Below are positions 46,882-58,921 of a DNA stretch of 64,000 bases, one piece after another. The notes beneath the pieces are model-generated. The model was not told where the DNA came from. It ran no database searches and saw only the letters and a program-made list of their open reading frames with translations. Origin of the DNA: Candidatus Doudnabacteria bacterium (GTDB lineage: Bacteria; Patescibacteriota; Doudnabacteria; UBA920; O2-02-FULL-48-8); contig JACPFQ010000004.1 of the NCBI GenBank assembly GCA_016182875.1, forward strand, positions 259,515 to 323,514, in the 5' to 3' direction. The stretch's first letter is position 1, and each line of letters begins with the position of its first letter. The translations under genes were made by a program, and so were the position numbers.

Positions 46882-49800
46882 ATGAATACAAATATGCTTT
46901 ACGTGCGGTTTGAAAAAGTCGTTTACTGGTTTTTAATAGTGGCCATCGCCATCTGGGCATTTGGCCCGGCGGCACTCCTGCCGTTCGCGCAAGCGATCGT
47001 CACCACCACCATCACGGATCTGACCCCGCAATTCGGCGGGCAGCGGCTAAAAGCTTCCAGCAACCCGACCGCGGTGCTCAAAGTCCAGTTCGGCTCGGAC
47101 TCCAACGGCGAAACTTTGACTTCTATCAAGGTCACATTTGCCTCGGTTACCGGTTGTACCGGTTGCTGGACTTCCGGCGCGGCCACTTCTTCCGAACTTG
47201 CCGATCTGGCAGCCGCGGCTGATGGCGCAGGCGGCATCCAGCTTTGGAAAGACGCGGGTGCCGCGGGATTCCAGGGAACAGGCGTTGATACGCAAGTCGC
47301 TTTGACCGCCACCCCGCAGTACGCTTCGGCCACGACTTTTATCCTCAATCCGGCTGTTGATCCGACATTGACGACTGATGATATTTATTTCGTTGTTTTG
47401 AAAACCAAGTCTGCACCCACTAACAATAATGCTTTTACTATTGGCGTGGCCGCTGACGGCGACATTGTCACCTCGGCCAACAACCCAATCATCACGCCGG
47501 TGACCAGCCGGACGATCACAGTTGATACTGCGGCTCCGACTTTGACTGCGGCCATGAGTAATCCTTTGACTGCCGCGACCGGAGTGCCGATCAGCACCAC
47601 CCCGCACATGACTTTCTCGGAAGGCGTGGACCAAACGACTCTAATCCCTGCCAACATCACCCTAACTGCTGGCAGTGCCGTAAATGGTGCCATCCGCGCA
47701 TTTCCTGATGGATTTGATTTTATCGTTTCCAGCGCCCCTACTTATACGGCCAGCACCAGTTTTACCAAACTTAGCATTGTCTCTACCGCTTTCTTCCAAA
47801 TCGCAGGAACTAACCCCATAAGTCCGCAGGGAACTTATACCGCACCGGTGGTTGGCGACATTGTCATGACCCAGAGAGAAACTTTTCCAGCAGAGCTGGG
47901 ACTGGTCACGGATGCCACTTTGACTTCCGGCACTTTTGCCGTCAATGGGTTTGCAGGGTTTGCGCCGATGCAGATCACCAAAATAGCCACTCCTGCTGCC
48001 ACCGGCGCGGTGAGCGCTTCGACAACAGTTAATGTGGGTGACATCATAGTGGTTAATACTACTGCCAATCCTACTGATAGCCGCTACAATTGGCACATGG
48101 TCACCACAGGCGTGTCCGCAGCGGCCTTAAACGGCGGCGCATTAAGACTGGACGGCAATGGATCCGCCCCAACTTTTGCTGCCAGTTCCAGCTTCTCAAC
48201 CATCGCCCCGGCCGGCACAGCAACTGACAATGGCGCCACCAATGGCGGAAAGCTGGCAGTCGTGGTTGGCGACTTGGTATTTGTAAAAATCGGGGCAGGT
48301 TCTTATAGCTGGCATCAAGTGACTACTGCTGGCGATCTTTCCTCTGACGCCACGGAAAACACGGCGTTTATAGACGATGGCGCGGCTGATCCCGGAATTG
48401 CCGCTAGCAGTCAAATGAGCAAGATTGCAACTGCTGCCAACGGGGCGGTAACTGACACTGCAACTGTCTTTGCTTATGGAGACTTGGTGTTTGCCCAGAC
48501 CACAGCCAATGCCGCCAATAACAATGCTTATAACTTTCACATTGTGACTAATGGCGCTACCGGAGCAAACTCTACCAGCCTGCGATTCGACAACGCTCCA
48601 GGCAGCTTGGCGACTTCCACTGCCCACACCTTGACTATGACCACTGGGATTAAAGATTTAGCCGGAAACGCTTTGGCTACAAACCAAGTCATTACCTTTA
48701 CTACGGGCGGCACCGGCGGGACCAACACCACGCCGCCATTTGTCCAATCCTCCCAGCCGCAGTCCGGCAGCCAAACCCATGCCATTGGCGCGCCCATCAG
48801 GCTGACGTTTAGCGTGGACATGGCTGCAAGCGGCGGCGGGTCAATTCTTGCTGATGCCAACATAGGTTTGTTTACCGATGTCAACGGCGCTCCTGGAGTC
48901 GCTGTGACTACTACCAAAGCTTATGACTCGGCTTCCAGAACAGTCACCCTGACTCCTGCAACGCTGACTGCTGCAACCGGGTATGTGGCCAGGGTCAATA
49001 CCACTGCCACTTCCACTACGGGAACTGCTTTAAACAGTCCGAGTACGCAGCCTTATTTCTTATTCTTCAAGACCGCTTCCGGGGCCGCTGATACCGCGGC
49101 ACCAACCGTGCAAGGGGTCTCTCCGGCCACTGGCTCAACCGGGGTTAGCATGAGCACGGTCATTAGCGCGGGATTCAGCGAAGACATTGATCCTTCGACT
49201 GTCTCCACAACTACCGTGACGCTTGCCAAAACTACGCCCCTGACTGCGATTACCGGCAATGTCAGCTACAATTCGGCCAGCAGATCCGTTAACTTTACCC
49301 CTTCAACAGTGCTTGAAGCCACCACCGGCTATACCTTTACCATTGTCGGCGGAGCAAGCGGGATTAATGATTTGTCGGGCAATGATTTGGCCGCAAACTT
49401 TACTTCAACTTTCACGACCACTGGCACAGCCGACAATGTCCTGCCGAAAGTCTCATTTGCCGCGGCTGACGACTTTGGCGTAGCCATAACCTTTAACGAA
49501 ACCATGAAAACCGGCGGCGGGCCTAATGCTGCGGACAACATTGTCAACTACAGCTTGCAAAGCCCGACTGGCTCTTCCATTTCTTTAGGCGGCAAAACCG
49601 TGACTTATGATTCCGCCACCAAAACCGCGCGCATCTCAGGACTTAGTTTGCAAAACGGCAATACCTTTAAAGTTACGGTCAATGCTCCCACCCAGGATTT
49701 GGCTGGCAATGGCATGGATACTACTGGCACGCCGGCTAACAACACGGCTTTTGGCACGGTCCAAAATTCCACCACCACGGGAGGAAACTTGGGCCCTGGC

Positions 49801-52800
49801 TCAGGCACGATTAACTTTAGCCAGCAGGGCATGAACCCAACCAGGGTGACTCCCATGAACCGGGCGGCGGGAGCGACCAGCAATTACAAAGCGGAGTTTT
49901 TGGCCGCGACCTCTGTGCCTTCGGGCGGCAAGATTGTCCTGACTTTCCCAGCCGGCTTTACCGTAACCAATGCCGCGGCAGTGGCCGCAGCGAGTAGCTT
50001 CTGCAACGCTGATTTAAACGGGCCAGGCATTGGCGCTGTCACCATCGCCGGTTCTCTTGCCAACGATAACGCGGCCGGAACCATCACCATCACCACCGGC
50101 GGAGATGCCACAGGCGCCAATGCTTTCTTGTGCCTGGAGCTTTCCGGGATTGTCAACTCCACGGTTCCCAACACTGCCGGCTACACCGTTGACATCAAAA
50201 CCCGCGATACCGCGGCCAACAACCTCGCAATCTTGGAAACCAAAACTGCCTCGCCGTTCTTTTTGGGACAAACCGGTTCCCGCACACTCACTGTTAACGT
50301 CTTCAACGACAACGGCGCGGGAGTCGGCGGGGTAGCCAATGACAACATCAAAAATGGATCAGAAGCCGCGATTGCCAATGCCAAAGTCTTCTTGTTCTCG
50401 CCGTCCGTGGGAGGACAAGCAGGCACCACTGACGTCAATGGCCAAACGACATTCACCAGTTTGGCAGACGGCGAATATATGATCGGCCTTGAGCCGGCCT
50501 CGGTGGGCGGCGGCGGGTTTGCGCTTAATTCCGCGCCCCAGCCGTTTACTCTCTCAGCTTCCAGCTTAACCAAAAACTTCGGCTTGCGCGCAGCCCCCTA
50601 TACAATTTCCGGCACTGTGGCGGGACCTAACGGCACAATTGTAGATGTGTTTGCTTCCTCACCTAATGGTTTTACCAAGACCACCATAACTCTCTTGGGC
50701 TTAGGCACGCCTGTTGCCTATTCTTTGCCGGCGCAGGACTTGACCACTTACAACGTGGGCGTAGGCCCAACCATGCCGGAAGCGTCTCTGCGGCCCGGAG
50801 CCCCGCCGCCGCCGCCGCCGACAGCCACTGATAAGACCATTGCCGGCACCGTGGTTGATTCATCCGGCGGCGGAATTTCCAATGCCGGCGTGTTCTGCCG
50901 GCCTTCGGAAAGCTCTACCGGCACTTCTTCCGGCTTTGGCACGGGTGGCATGACCAACACTTCCGGCGCCTTTACGCTTAATGTTACTACCGGAGTTTAC
51001 CTTTGCGGAGTGTTCAAACCCGGCATGCCGCCGGCTCCGGAAAAGCAAATCACGGTGGGCGCTGCCGCTAATACCCCAACTAGCCTGGCCTTTATCATTG
51101 ACGTGGCGACCACGCTGACAATTTCCGGAACTATCAAAGATGACAGCGGCAACGCCATCCCGTATGCCGGAGTCAGCGGCCGCAAAGTTGTTTCCACCAC
51201 CAATACCACGCCAGTCGGCGGCGATTCCAGCAACTTTGCCGGCGGCCCGACAGACGCCAATGGCGCTTACACCCTCTATGTGACAACCGGCACCTGGGTG
51301 GTGGAAGCCTTCGCTCCCGGCTTTGGCAGATTGGGAACCAAGACAATCACGGTCGCTGCGTCAAGCTTAAGCGGCCAGGACTTTTCTGCTCAAACCTTAA
51401 GTATCGGCACGATTACCGGTTCTGCTACCAGGGATAGCAGTCCGGTGCAGGGAGTCATGGTGCGGGCAGAAAGTAGTAGCGGCGGCAATATGGGAGTGAC
51501 AGATGCTGCTGGGGCTTATACAGTTAAAGTTCCGGCCGGCACTTACACCATCACTTGTTTCTTCCCGGGAGTCGGCGAAAGCACTCCCATCACGGGAGTT
51601 GTCGTGACATCAGGAAATACCACCGCCGCGGGAGCTTGCGCGCTGGCTGCCCCGATTACTATTACCGTCAACGTCACTGACGGCACCAATCCGATTACCA
51701 ATGCCGGCGTCGAGGTGCGCGATCCTGTCACAGGACGCGGCAACTTTAGTTCGACTTCTACCACTTCAGGCGTGAACGCTGTTTATACCGTGGTCGTGCC
51801 TCCTGGCACCTACAATGTGCGCGCCGGGCATCCAGCCTACGGCAGCGTGGGCCAAACCGCCAATGTCAGCACAACGCAAACTATTACTTACAATGTCGGC
51901 AGCTCCAAACAATTATACGCGGTGACCGGCACAGTCACGGGAGACGCAGTGGCCCTAAGCGGCGCCTGGGTGTCATTAAACGGCACTCCCACCGGGGCCA
52001 CGAACACTGTTTTCTTGGGCGCCCAGACCATTGCCAATGGCACATTCACCATCAATGTCCCGCCAGGAGCTTACAGGATTAGGGCGGACAAGCCGGGTTA
52101 TAAATCGCCGGCAGAAACCGCAGTCACCGTCACTGGTGCCGCAGTGACTGCCGGAACCATTGCCTTAACCACAGCCGCTCGGACCATTGCCGGAACAGTG
52201 ACTTTGGACAGCGCTGGCATTTCCAACGCATTTGTGGATGCTACAGATGGCAATGGCGGTTATGCGGTGGCTCAAACCAATGCCTCAGGCGCTTATACCT
52301 TGAACGTTGACAACGGTACTTGGACGATTAGAGCGCACAGCCAAGGCTATGAAGGTGGTCCCTTGCCAGTGACGGTCAGCGGGGCCAATGTCACTGGCCA
52401 AACTATTACGCTTTCAGCTATTTCAGGCTTTACCATTACAGCTGAACGGCCCGAGACCGTGACCCCGACTGCCGGAGGATTTATCGGCAACACCGACATT
52501 GGCACGCACTTCCAATTGGAAATTCCGGCAAACGCGCTAGGCACTGGTTCCAATGCAGCAACCGTGACGACCAAAGTCAACACAGCCATGCCCAACCCGC
52601 CAACCGGAACGATCCTAAACAAGAATGCAGTGACGATTGATGCCGTGGATGCTTCGGGCCAGCCCATCTCAAGCTTGAATGATGAGATCACGATTACGAT
52701 TCCTTATACGCAAGCTGATTTGCCAGCCGGCACTTCCGAAGAATCATTGGTTATCGGTGTTTGGAATGACGCCACGCAAACTTATGATACGCTTTCAACG

Positions 52801-54015
52801 ACGGTTGACACGACCCTAGATACTCTAACCGCCACAGTTTCTCACTTGTCAGACTTCGCGCCGTTAGTTTCATCCGGCGGCTCTCCGCCAGCTACTCCGA
52901 CCAATCTGGCGGCCAGCAATACCGGCGATGGCGCCTCGGTCAGGCTGACTTGGACTGAAGTCTCGGGAGCTACCAGCTACAACATCTACCGCTCCACTGA
53001 CAATTCGACTTTCCCACTGCTGGCCAATACCGCCCAGACCACCGGAGCTTATAATGCCACCAGCTTAACCAACGGGACGACCTACTACTTCAAGATTAGC
53101 GCGCAGAACTCAACGGGAGATGAATCAGCCGCCACTTCTGCGGTAACAATCACTGTCGCTGCAAGCGGCGGAGGCGGTGGTGGAGGCGGCGGCGGAAGTG
53201 CTGCTCCGGTAAGCCCAACCCCGACTCCCACGCCAACACCTACTCCGATCCCAACGCCCACTCCAACACCGAGTCCGAGTCCGACTCCGACTCCCGCTCC
53301 CAGCGGAGCGCACTCAAATGGAACATTAGTCAACGACAATGGAACAATCTATCTGATTAAGAGCGGCAAACGAATCGGGTTTAGGAACGAAGCTGAGTAT
53401 AAATCTCACGGATATAATTTCGGCCAGGCAGTAGCCGCGAATGCTCAGGATAAAACCCTTCCACAAGCGGAATTTGTCCAAAAAGCTTTGGAAGGAACCT
53501 TGGTGCTTGATGCTGCTGACAACAAGACCATCTACATGATTGGCTCAAATGGCACCAAGCGCGGGTTTACGTCTGAATCGGTGTTCAAAGGCTTGGGATA
53601 TAACTTCAAAGACATTCCCAAGATCAATCTGTCGGATTATCCGCCAGGGCCCCCTGTTGCTGATTCAGCGCTTACTCACCCTGATGGCGCCTTGGTCCTG
53701 GACGGCAAAACTGTCTGGTGGATTCGAGGCAATACCCGCCAGGGCTTCGAGTCCGAAGCGGTGTTCAACACTTATGGCTTCAAGTTTTCCAACGTCACTA
53801 AAGTCAACCCAGCCGACAAGGCTTTAGTCGAAGGCCCGCTCGTCAAGTTCCGTGACGGGACCCTGGTCAAAGACGGAGCCGATTACTACCTGATTTCCGA
53901 CGGCAAGAAGCTCAAGTTTGCTTCCACTGCCGACTTGACTGCCAAGGGCTATAAATCATCTAACGCGATTAGCGGCTCATTGGGCAGTTACGAGTCAGGC
54001 GGCGGTGTGCAGTAA
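46882..54015 (+). CDS. Giant (2377 aa) surface protein with Ig-like, carboxypeptidase-regulatory-like and FN3 domains plus the C-terminal 4-repeat module
   Basis: Repeats DT.APT...P..G.TGV...FSE, D.AGN, ISG.V....G and G.YT..V; FN3 (PTNL...LTW...YNIYRS...YYFKISA). Confidence 0.88.
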   Translation: MNTNMLYVRFEKVVYWFLIVAIAIWAFGPAALLPFAQAIVTTTITDLTPQFGGQRLKASSNPTAVLKVQFGSDSNGETLTSIKVTFASVTGCTGCWTSGAATSSELADLAAAADGAGGIQLWKDAGAAGFQGTGVDTQVALTATPQYASATTFILNPAVDPTLTTDDIYFVVLKTKSAPTNNNAFTIGVAADGDIVTSANNPIITPVTSRTITVDTAAPTLTAAMSNPLTAATGVPISTTPHMTFSEGVDQTTLIPANITLTAGSAVNGAIRAFPDGFDFIVSSAPTYTASTSFTKLSIVSTAFFQIAGTNPISPQGTYTAPVVGDIVMTQRETFPAELGLVTDATLTSGTFAVNGFAGFAPMQITKIATPAATGAVSASTTVNVGDIIVVNTTANPTDSRYNWHMVTTGVSAAALNGGALRLDGNGSAPTFAASSSFSTIAPAGTATDNGATNGGKLAVVVGDLVFVKIGAGSYSWHQVTTAGDLSSDATENTAFIDDGAADPGIAASSQMSKIATAANGAVTDTATVFAYGDLVFAQTTANAANNNAYNFHIVTNGATGANSTSLRFDNAPGSLATSTAHTLTMTTGIKDLAGNALATNQVITFTTGGTGGTNTTPPFVQSSQPQSGSQTHAIGAPIRLTFSVDMAASGGGSILADANIGLFTDVNGAPGVAVTTTKAYDSASRTVTLTPATLTAATGYVARVNTTATSTTGTALNSPSTQPYFLFFKTASGAADTAAPTVQGVSPATGSTGVSMSTVISAGFSEDIDPSTVSTTTVTLAKTTPLTAITGNVSYNSASRSVNFTPSTVLEATTGYTFTIVGGASGINDLSGNDLAANFTSTFTTTGTADNVLPKVSFAAADDFGVAITFNETMKTGGGPNAADNIVNYSLQSPTGSSISLGGKTVTYDSATKTARISGLSLQNGNTFKVTVNAPTQDLAGNGMDTTGTPANNTAFGTVQNSTTTGGNLGPGSGTINFSQQGMNPTRVTPMNRAAGATSNYKAEFLAATSVPSGGKIVLTFPAGFTVTNAAAVAAASSFCNADLNGPGIGAVTIAGSLANDNAAGTITITTGGDATGANAFLCLELSGIVNSTVPNTAGYTVDIKTRDTAANNLAILETKTASPFFLGQTGSRTLTVNVFNDNGAGVGGVANDNIKNGSEAAIANAKVFLFSPSVGGQAGTTDVNGQTTFTSLADGEYMIGLEPASVGGGGFALNSAPQPFTLSASSLTKNFGLRAAPYTISGTVAGPNGTIVDVFASSPNGFTKTTITLLGLGTPVAYSLPAQDLTTYNVGVGPTMPEASLRPGAPPPPPPTATDKTIAGTVVDSSGGGISNAGVFCRPSESSTGTSSGFGTGGMTNTSGAFTLNVTTGVYLCGVFKPGMPPAPEKQITVGAAANTPTSLAFIIDVATTLTISGTIKDDSGNAIPYAGVSGRKVVSTTNTTPVGGDSSNFAGGPTDANGAYTLYVTTGTWVVEAFAPGFGRLGTKTITVAASSLSGQDFSAQTLSIGTITGSATRDSSPVQGVMVRAESSSGGNMGVTDAAGAYTVKVPAGTYTITCFFPGVGESTPITGVVVTSGNTTAAGACALAAPITITVNVTDGTNPITNAGVEVRDPVTGRGNFSSTSTTSGVNAVYTVVVPPGTYNVRAGHPAYGSVGQTANVSTTQTITYNVGSSKQLYAVTGTVTGDAVALSGAWVSLNGTPTGATNTVFLGAQTIANGTFTINVPPGAYRIRADKPGYKSPAETAVTVTGAAVTAGTIALTTAARTIAGTVTLDSAGISNAFVDATDGNGGYAVAQTNASGAYTLNVDNGTWTIRAHSQGYEGGPLPVTVSGANVTGQTITLSAISGFTITAERPETVTPTAGGFIGNTDIGTHFQLEIPANALGTGSNAATVTTKVNTAMPNPPTGTILNKNAVTIDAVDASGQPISSLNDEITITIPYTQADLPAGTSEESLVIGVWNDATQTYDTLSTTVDTTLDTLTATVSHLSDFAPLVSSGGSPPATPTNLAASNTGDGASVRLTWTEVSGATSYNIYRSTDNSTFPLLANTAQTTGAYNATSLTNGTTYYFKISAQNSTGDESAATSAVTITVAASGGGGGGGGGGSAAPVSPTPTPTPTPTPIPTPTPTPSPSPTPTPAPSGAHSNGTLVNDNGTIYLIKSGKRIGFRNEAEYKSHGYNFGQAVAANAQDKTLPQAEFVQKALEGTLVLDAADNKTIYMIGSNGTKRGFTSESVFKGLGYNFKDIPKINLSDYPPGPPVADSALTHPDGALVLDGKTVWWIRGNTRQGFESEAVFNTYGFKFSNVTKVNPADKALVEGPLVKFRDGTLVKDGADYYLISDGKKLKFASTADLTAKGYKSSNAISGSLGSYESGGGVQ

Positions 54016-54090
54016 ATAAAACAAAAAGTTCCCCCAAAAAACCCGTTTTTCAAAAAGCGGGTTTTTTGATAATCTGTTCCATATACATTG

Positions 54091-54120
54091 ACATAAAAAC
54101 ATCGGTCGCTATAATTATGT
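54091..54120 (+). repeat. 30-bp direct repeat, copy 1, overlapping a promoter
   Basis: ACATAAAAACATCGGTCGCTATAATTATGT is identical at 54672-54701; TTGACA-16 nt-TATAAT here. Confidence 0.95.
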
Positions 54121-54121
54121 C

Positions 54122-54667
54122 ATGAGAATTAAAGGCTCTGAGATTTTAAAATATGTTTTGCTGGGCATTGGATTAACCGGATTGGTGCTCGTTGCCATTA
54201 CTGCGCCTAATCTTTTTTCGGCATTAGGGCAATTTACCGGCCGCAAAGGTTACAGAAAACAGCAGATCCGGCGCGCGTTTGACTACGCCAGAAAAAGCCA
54301 GATGATAGAAATCAAAAAAACTCCAAGCGGCTACGCGGTCATGCTTACGGAAAAGGGCAAGGAAAGAATGGCTAAATTTCGTTTGGGCGAGCTTGAGCTT
54401 GCTAAACCCAAAAAGTGGGACGGCAAATGGCGCGTTGTTATTTTCGACATTCCGGAAAGGTATAAATTGAGTCGCCTGGTTTTCGCCAAGAAACTTAAAG
54501 AGCTTGGATTGGCCCAAATGCAGAAAAGCGTCTGGGTTTGGCCTTATGATCTGCAAGACGAAATAGATCTGATGAAGGAAGCTTATGAAATCAGGCCATT
54601 TGTCCGCCTGATTTTGGCTCAAAACATCGACCGGCAGACAGACTTGCTTAAATTTTTTAATTTATAG
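54122..54667 (+). CDS. PaaX-like wHTH plus Cas2-like domain protein (not part of a CRISPR locus)
   Basis: LTEKG...WDGKWRVVIFDIPE...LKELG...QKSVWV.P. Confidence 0.85.
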   Translation: MRIKGSEILKYVLLGIGLTGLVLVAITAPNLFSALGQFTGRKGYRKQQIRRAFDYARKSQMIEIKKTPSGYAVMLTEKGKERMAKFRLGELELAKPKKWDGKWRVVIFDIPERYKLSRLVFAKKLKELGLAQMQKSVWVWPYDLQDEIDLMKEAYEIRPFVRLILAQNIDRQTDLLKFFNL

Positions 54668-54671
54668 CTTA

Positions 54672-54701
54672 ACATAAAAACATCGGTCGCTATAATTATG
54701 T
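54672..54701 (+). repeat. 30-bp direct repeat, copy 2
   Basis: Identical to 54091-54120; starts 5 nt after the stop codon. Confidence 0.95.
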
Positions 54702-54818
54702 TAAATTGTCAGAGGAGCCTGCTTCTCTTATAAAGTAGGCTTTATGGTATAATAAGGACGACCTTTTGATTATTTCAGAAACAAACCTAGTGCAATTTAT
54801 TAAATTTCTACTACCCTG

Positions 54819-56567
54819 ATGGCTTTAAACGAGCAGGATTTAAAACGTGCTTTGGTTTCAAAAAAAATCCTCAGTGCAAAAAGCTGGGACGAGCAGTTAG
54901 CTGAGGCTAAAACCAAAAGACAGGATATCGGCCAGCTTCTGATCGACAAGAAGCTGGTGGAAGAAGAACAACTGGCGCAAATCACCGCTCAGTTTTTTGA
55001 TGTTGAATACGTCGACCTCAAACAGCTTGAACAGATTCCTAAAGAAGTCCTGCTTTTGGTTCCGGAGCCGATTGCCCGGCGGCATCAGGTGGTAGCGTTT
55101 GGAAAGGAAAAGGACAAGCTAAACCTGGCCATGATTGACCCCAATGACCTGGAGACCAGGGATGCCATTAAGAAAAAGACGGACTTGGTAGTTTTGCCTT
55201 TTTTGATTTCCAAAAGCTCTTTGGACTGGGGGCTCAAGCAGTACCACACCTCGCTTGAAGCTGAATTTGCCAAAATAGTTTCGCAGCCTTCGAAGGAAGG
55301 CGAACATGAACCGGAGGCGGTCACGGCCAAACTCAAGGAAATGGCTCAAGAGATCCCGGTGGTCCGCGTCGTCGATACGCTCTTGGAGTATGCGATTTTG
55401 GAGAAAGCCTCGGACATCCATATCGAGCCTCATGAGAAAGACTTAATCGTGCGATACAGAATCGACGGCGTGCTCCATGAAGTCATGACCTTGCCCAAGG
55501 TCATCCAGCCGGCGCTTGTGGCGCGGATTAAAGTTATCGCCGACTTGAAAATCGACGAACATCGACTGCCGCAGGACGGCCGCTTCAAAGTGGAAAAGGA
55601 AGATTATAAAATTTCGATTCGGGTCTCGACCATTCCCGTGTTCGACGGCGAAAAGGTCGTCATGCGCCTGCTTGATGAATCAGCCCGCGCCATGACCCTT
55701 GAAGAGCTCGGGTTTATCCATCGCAATTACGATACGATACTGCGAAACGTCAAAAAACCGCACGGCGCCCTGTTTGTCACCGGCCCTACCGGAAGCGGCA
55801 AATCGACCACGCTTTATACCATTATTTCCATGCTCAACACCAAAGGCGTCAATATTTCCACGATTGAAGAGCCGATCGAGTATCACATCCCGGGTGTCAA
55901 TCAAATGCAGGTTAATCCCAAGATCGGGTTGACTTTCGCCACTGGTTTAAGGGCGCTTTTGAGGCAGGACCCGAACATCATTATGATTGGCGAGGTCAGA
56001 GACCGAGAAACCGCGGAGGAAGCCGTGCACGCGGCTTTGACCGGACACATAGTTTTGGCCACGCTTCACACCAATAATGCTTCCGGAGCATTGCCCAGGC
56101 TTCTCGACATCGGCGTAGAACCATACTTGATTGCCTCCACCATCAACGCCGTGGTCGGGCAAAGGCTGACCAGGCAAATATGCCAGGATTGCAAAGTCGA
56201 GGTCCATATCGATGAAAAATTCGAGGAAAGTTTGCGAAAGGAATACAATCTCGAGCATTTATTGGGGGTCATGAAGCGCGAGGGTTTTATCGAAAAAAAT
56301 ATAAAAAATCTGAGGGAGGTTACTTTTTACAAAGGCCAGGGGTGCGACAAGTGCGGCCATACGGGCTACAGGACCCGCAAGGGTATTTATGAAGTTTTGG
56401 AAGTAACCGCGGAAATCCAGGACTTGATTTTGAAACACGCTCCGACTTCCCAGATCCAGGAAAAAGCCGTGGAACAGGGGATGATTTTGATGTGGGAGGA
56501 CGGATTTATCAAATGCGCGCAGGGCCAAACCACCATTGAGGAGATTTTGAGGGTGAGTAAAGAATAA
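54819..56567 (+). CDS. pilB: Type IV pilus assembly ATPase (PilB/GspE)
   Basis: ASDIHIEP, PQDGR, GPTGSGKSTT, LRQDP..IMIGEVRD, TGH.VLATLH, tetracysteine motif. Confidence 0.95.
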   Translation: MALNEQDLKRALVSKKILSAKSWDEQLAEAKTKRQDIGQLLIDKKLVEEEQLAQITAQFFDVEYVDLKQLEQIPKEVLLLVPEPIARRHQVVAFGKEKDKLNLAMIDPNDLETRDAIKKKTDLVVLPFLISKSSLDWGLKQYHTSLEAEFAKIVSQPSKEGEHEPEAVTAKLKEMAQEIPVVRVVDTLLEYAILEKASDIHIEPHEKDLIVRYRIDGVLHEVMTLPKVIQPALVARIKVIADLKIDEHRLPQDGRFKVEKEDYKISIRVSTIPVFDGEKVVMRLLDESARAMTLEELGFIHRNYDTILRNVKKPHGALFVTGPTGSGKSTTLYTIISMLNTKGVNISTIEEPIEYHIPGVNQMQVNPKIGLTFATGLRALLRQDPNIIMIGEVRDRETAEEAVHAALTGHIVLATLHTNNASGALPRLLDIGVEPYLIASTINAVVGQRLTRQICQDCKVEVHIDEKFEESLRKEYNLEHLLGVMKREGFIEKNIKNLREVTFYKGQGCDKCGHTGYRTRKGIYEVLEVTAEIQDLILKHAPTSQIQEKAVEQGMILMWEDGFIKCAQGQTTIEEILRVSKE

Positions 56568-56678
56568 TGCAAAAATCAAAGCTCAAAAATCAAAATGTAA
56601 TTAAAAATGCAAAGAGAATAATTTTTAATTTTGCTTTGTCATTTTGCATTTTGACTTTTGCATTTTGAATTTTTAAAT

Positions 56679-57893
56679 ATGCCTGAATTTTCATATATCG
56701 CAAGATCCAAAACCGGGAGCCTGGAACAGGATGTCATGACGGCCGTTTCCGAACGGGCTGTGGCCGACGCCTTGAGAGCCAAAGGATTGATGCCGACGTC
56801 CATCAAAGCTCTAAGAAAAAGCTTTGATTTGGAAATTTTAAAAGGATTTCTGACCCCGATCAGGCTGATCGAAAAAATAACCTTCATCAAAAATTTGTCC
56901 GTGATGCTTAAAGCCGGCTTGCCCGCGGCCAAAAGCCTCAAGATTTTATCAACGCAGACTACCAACCAAAAATTTGTCAAAGTCATTTCCGATTTGGCCA
57001 AAGCCGTGGAAGCCGGCACATCTTTGGCGGACGCCATGGGCAAGCACCCCGGAGTGTTTTCTCCAATTTTTGTCAGCATGGTCCGCGCTGGTGAAATCTC
57101 GGGCAATCTGGAAAAGAATCTCCTTTATTTGTCCGAACAAATGCAGCGGGACTACGACTTAATTTCCAAGGCCCGCGGCGCCTTGACTTACCCAATCGTG
57201 GTTTTAATCGCTTTGGGCATCGTCGGCTTCCTTATGTTCACCTTTGTCCTGCCCAAGCTGACCGATACTTTTAAAGACTTGAACGTTCCACTGCCGCTCA
57301 TGACCAGAGTCGTGATGGCGGTTGTGGACTTATTCGCGAAATATGGAATCTTCATCATTTTCCTCCTGATTTTATGCTTTTTTGGATTTATGTATTGGCG
57401 CAAGAGCGAAGGCGGGAAGAAAGTCATTCACATGGCGGTGTTTTATGTTCCCATTGGCAGCGGGATAGTCAAAAAAATCAACCTGGCCAGGTTTGTGCGC
57501 ACTTTTTCTTCGCTTATGAAAAGCGGCATGCCGATTGTGGAAGCGCTGGAAGTATCCTCCCATGTCGTCGGCAATATTTATTACCAAAAAGTGATTGCCG
57601 AGGCCGCGGCCAAAGTAAAAGTCGGCTCGCCGCTGGCCGCAAGCTTCAAAAAGCAGCCTAAATTGTTTCCGAATCTGGTGGTGGAAATGATGGAGGTCGG
57701 CGAGGAATCGGGCACGACGGATGAAGTCCTTTCTGAGGTTGCCGCGTTTTATGAATCCGAAGTCGACCAGACCATGAAAAATTTATCCTCGATTTTGGAA
57801 CCGGTTATTATGATGGTCATTGGAGCCGTGGTCGGGTTGCTGGCGGTGGCTCTGGTAACGCCGATTTATAACATTACGCAAAGCATAGGATGA
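56679..57893 (+). CDS. pilC: Type IV pilus platform protein (PilC/GspF)
   Basis: AGE.SGNL, ALTYP, VGEESG, LEPVIM. Confidence 0.95.
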   Translation: MPEFSYIARSKTGSLEQDVMTAVSERAVADALRAKGLMPTSIKALRKSFDLEILKGFLTPIRLIEKITFIKNLSVMLKAGLPAAKSLKILSTQTTNQKFVKVISDLAKAVEAGTSLADAMGKHPGVFSPIFVSMVRAGEISGNLEKNLLYLSEQMQRDYDLISKARGALTYPIVVLIALGIVGFLMFTFVLPKLTDTFKDLNVPLPLMTRVVMAVVDLFAKYGIFIIFLLILCFFGFMYWRKSEGGKKVIHMAVFYVPIGSGIVKKINLARFVRTFSSLMKSGMPIVEALEVSSHVVGNIYYQKVIAEAAAKVKVGSPLAASFKKQPKLFPNLVVEMMEVGEESGTTDEVLSEVAAFYESEVDQTMKNLSSILEPVIMMVIGAVVGLLAVALVTPIYNITQSIG

Positions 57894-58276
57894 AAAATAA
57901 CAGGCAAGCCGGTTTATCTTTGATGGAAGTGGTTATAAGCATGGCCATGATACTGGTTCTTTTTATTTTGTATATCGCGGCGCAAAACACGACGATTCAC
58001 ACAAGGAAACTACGCTATGAAAATTTGGCTTACCATGCGGCCAACAAAAAAATGGAAGAACTTCGGGCGACGGCTTTTAATTCACTTCCCGTCTCGGGCG
58101 CCATTTCCGACTCAATGCTTGGCCAAATTCCATCCGGGGCCGGCAGTTTTACGGTCAATGACTACGCCGGCTTCAGCGGTTTGAAGGAAGTTATCGTGAC
58201 TGTAACTTGGAATGACGGCATTAGCAAGCAGGTCGTTTTGAAAACTTTAGCTGGGAGCGGAGGAATTAATCCATGA
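57890..58276 (+). CDS. Minor pilin (PilV-like)
   Basis: Prepilin cleavage site G|LSLMEV followed by a hydrophobic helix. Confidence 0.85.
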   Translation: MKNNRQAGLSLMEVVISMAMILVLFILYIAAQNTTIHTRKLRYENLAYHAANKKMEELRATAFNSLPVSGAISDSMLGQIPSGAGSFTVNDYAGFSGLKEVIVTVTWNDGISKQVVLKTLAGSGGINP

Positions 58277-58917
58277 CGAGAATGCGGTATATGTTTAACG
58301 GCAGCGCAACGCGTATCGGTAAGCGTTTGACGTTTAGCGATCAGATTTCCCCCCTTGGAACAAGGGGGGATCAAGGGGGGTTAGACGCTGGCTTCACCCT
58401 CATCGAGGTCATAATCGTGGTCTTCATGCTCGGGATGGCCATGCTCGTGCTGACCAGCCTTTTCCTCAACCAAAACCAAGTTTACCAAAGCCAGACCGCG
58501 GAGCTTAACGTCACGGCCGATGCCCGGTTCGCCTTGGACGATATTGATTCCTCGGTTCGAGCCGCGGACGTGGTGGCGGCAAGCTATAGTTCATATACTA
58601 CAGGAACGCAAGTTTTGGTTCTGCAGATTCCTTCCATCAATGCTTCCAACCAAATCATCGCGGCGGCTTATGATTATTTCGTTTACTATCTAACCGGCAG
58701 TGATTTCTTTCGGCAAATCTTCCCCAATGCATCAAGCAGCCGGCAGGCCACAACGAAAAAAATAGCTTCCAATGTCACAGGCTTGCTTTTCAGTTACGAC
58801 AATGGCGACTCGGCTTTGGTTAAGCAAGTGACCACGGACTTAACCATCCAGCAGTCAGGCGGAAGGTACAATCGGTCAATCACAATTTCTTCCAAGTCGA
58901 GATTAAGAAATAACTAA
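58273..58917 (+). CDS. Minor pilin (PilW-like) with an extended leader
   Basis: G|FTLIEV prepilin motif. Confidence 0.85.
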   Translation: MTRMRYMFNGSATRIGKRLTFSDQISPLGTRGDQGGLDAGFTLIEVIIVVFMLGMAMLVLTSLFLNQNQVYQSQTAELNVTADARFALDDIDSSVRAADVVAASYSSYTTGTQVLVLQIPSINASNQIIAAAYDYFVYYLTGSDFFRQIFPNASSSRQATTKKIASNVTGLLFSYDNGDSALVKQVTTDLTIQQSGGRYNRSITISSKSRLRNN

Positions 58918-58921
58918 GGTC

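Noticed and set aside
54122-54667. Cas2 / CRISPR-Cas locus
   Set aside because: This is a PaaX-like wHTH fusion with only two flanking repeats and no cas1 or array.
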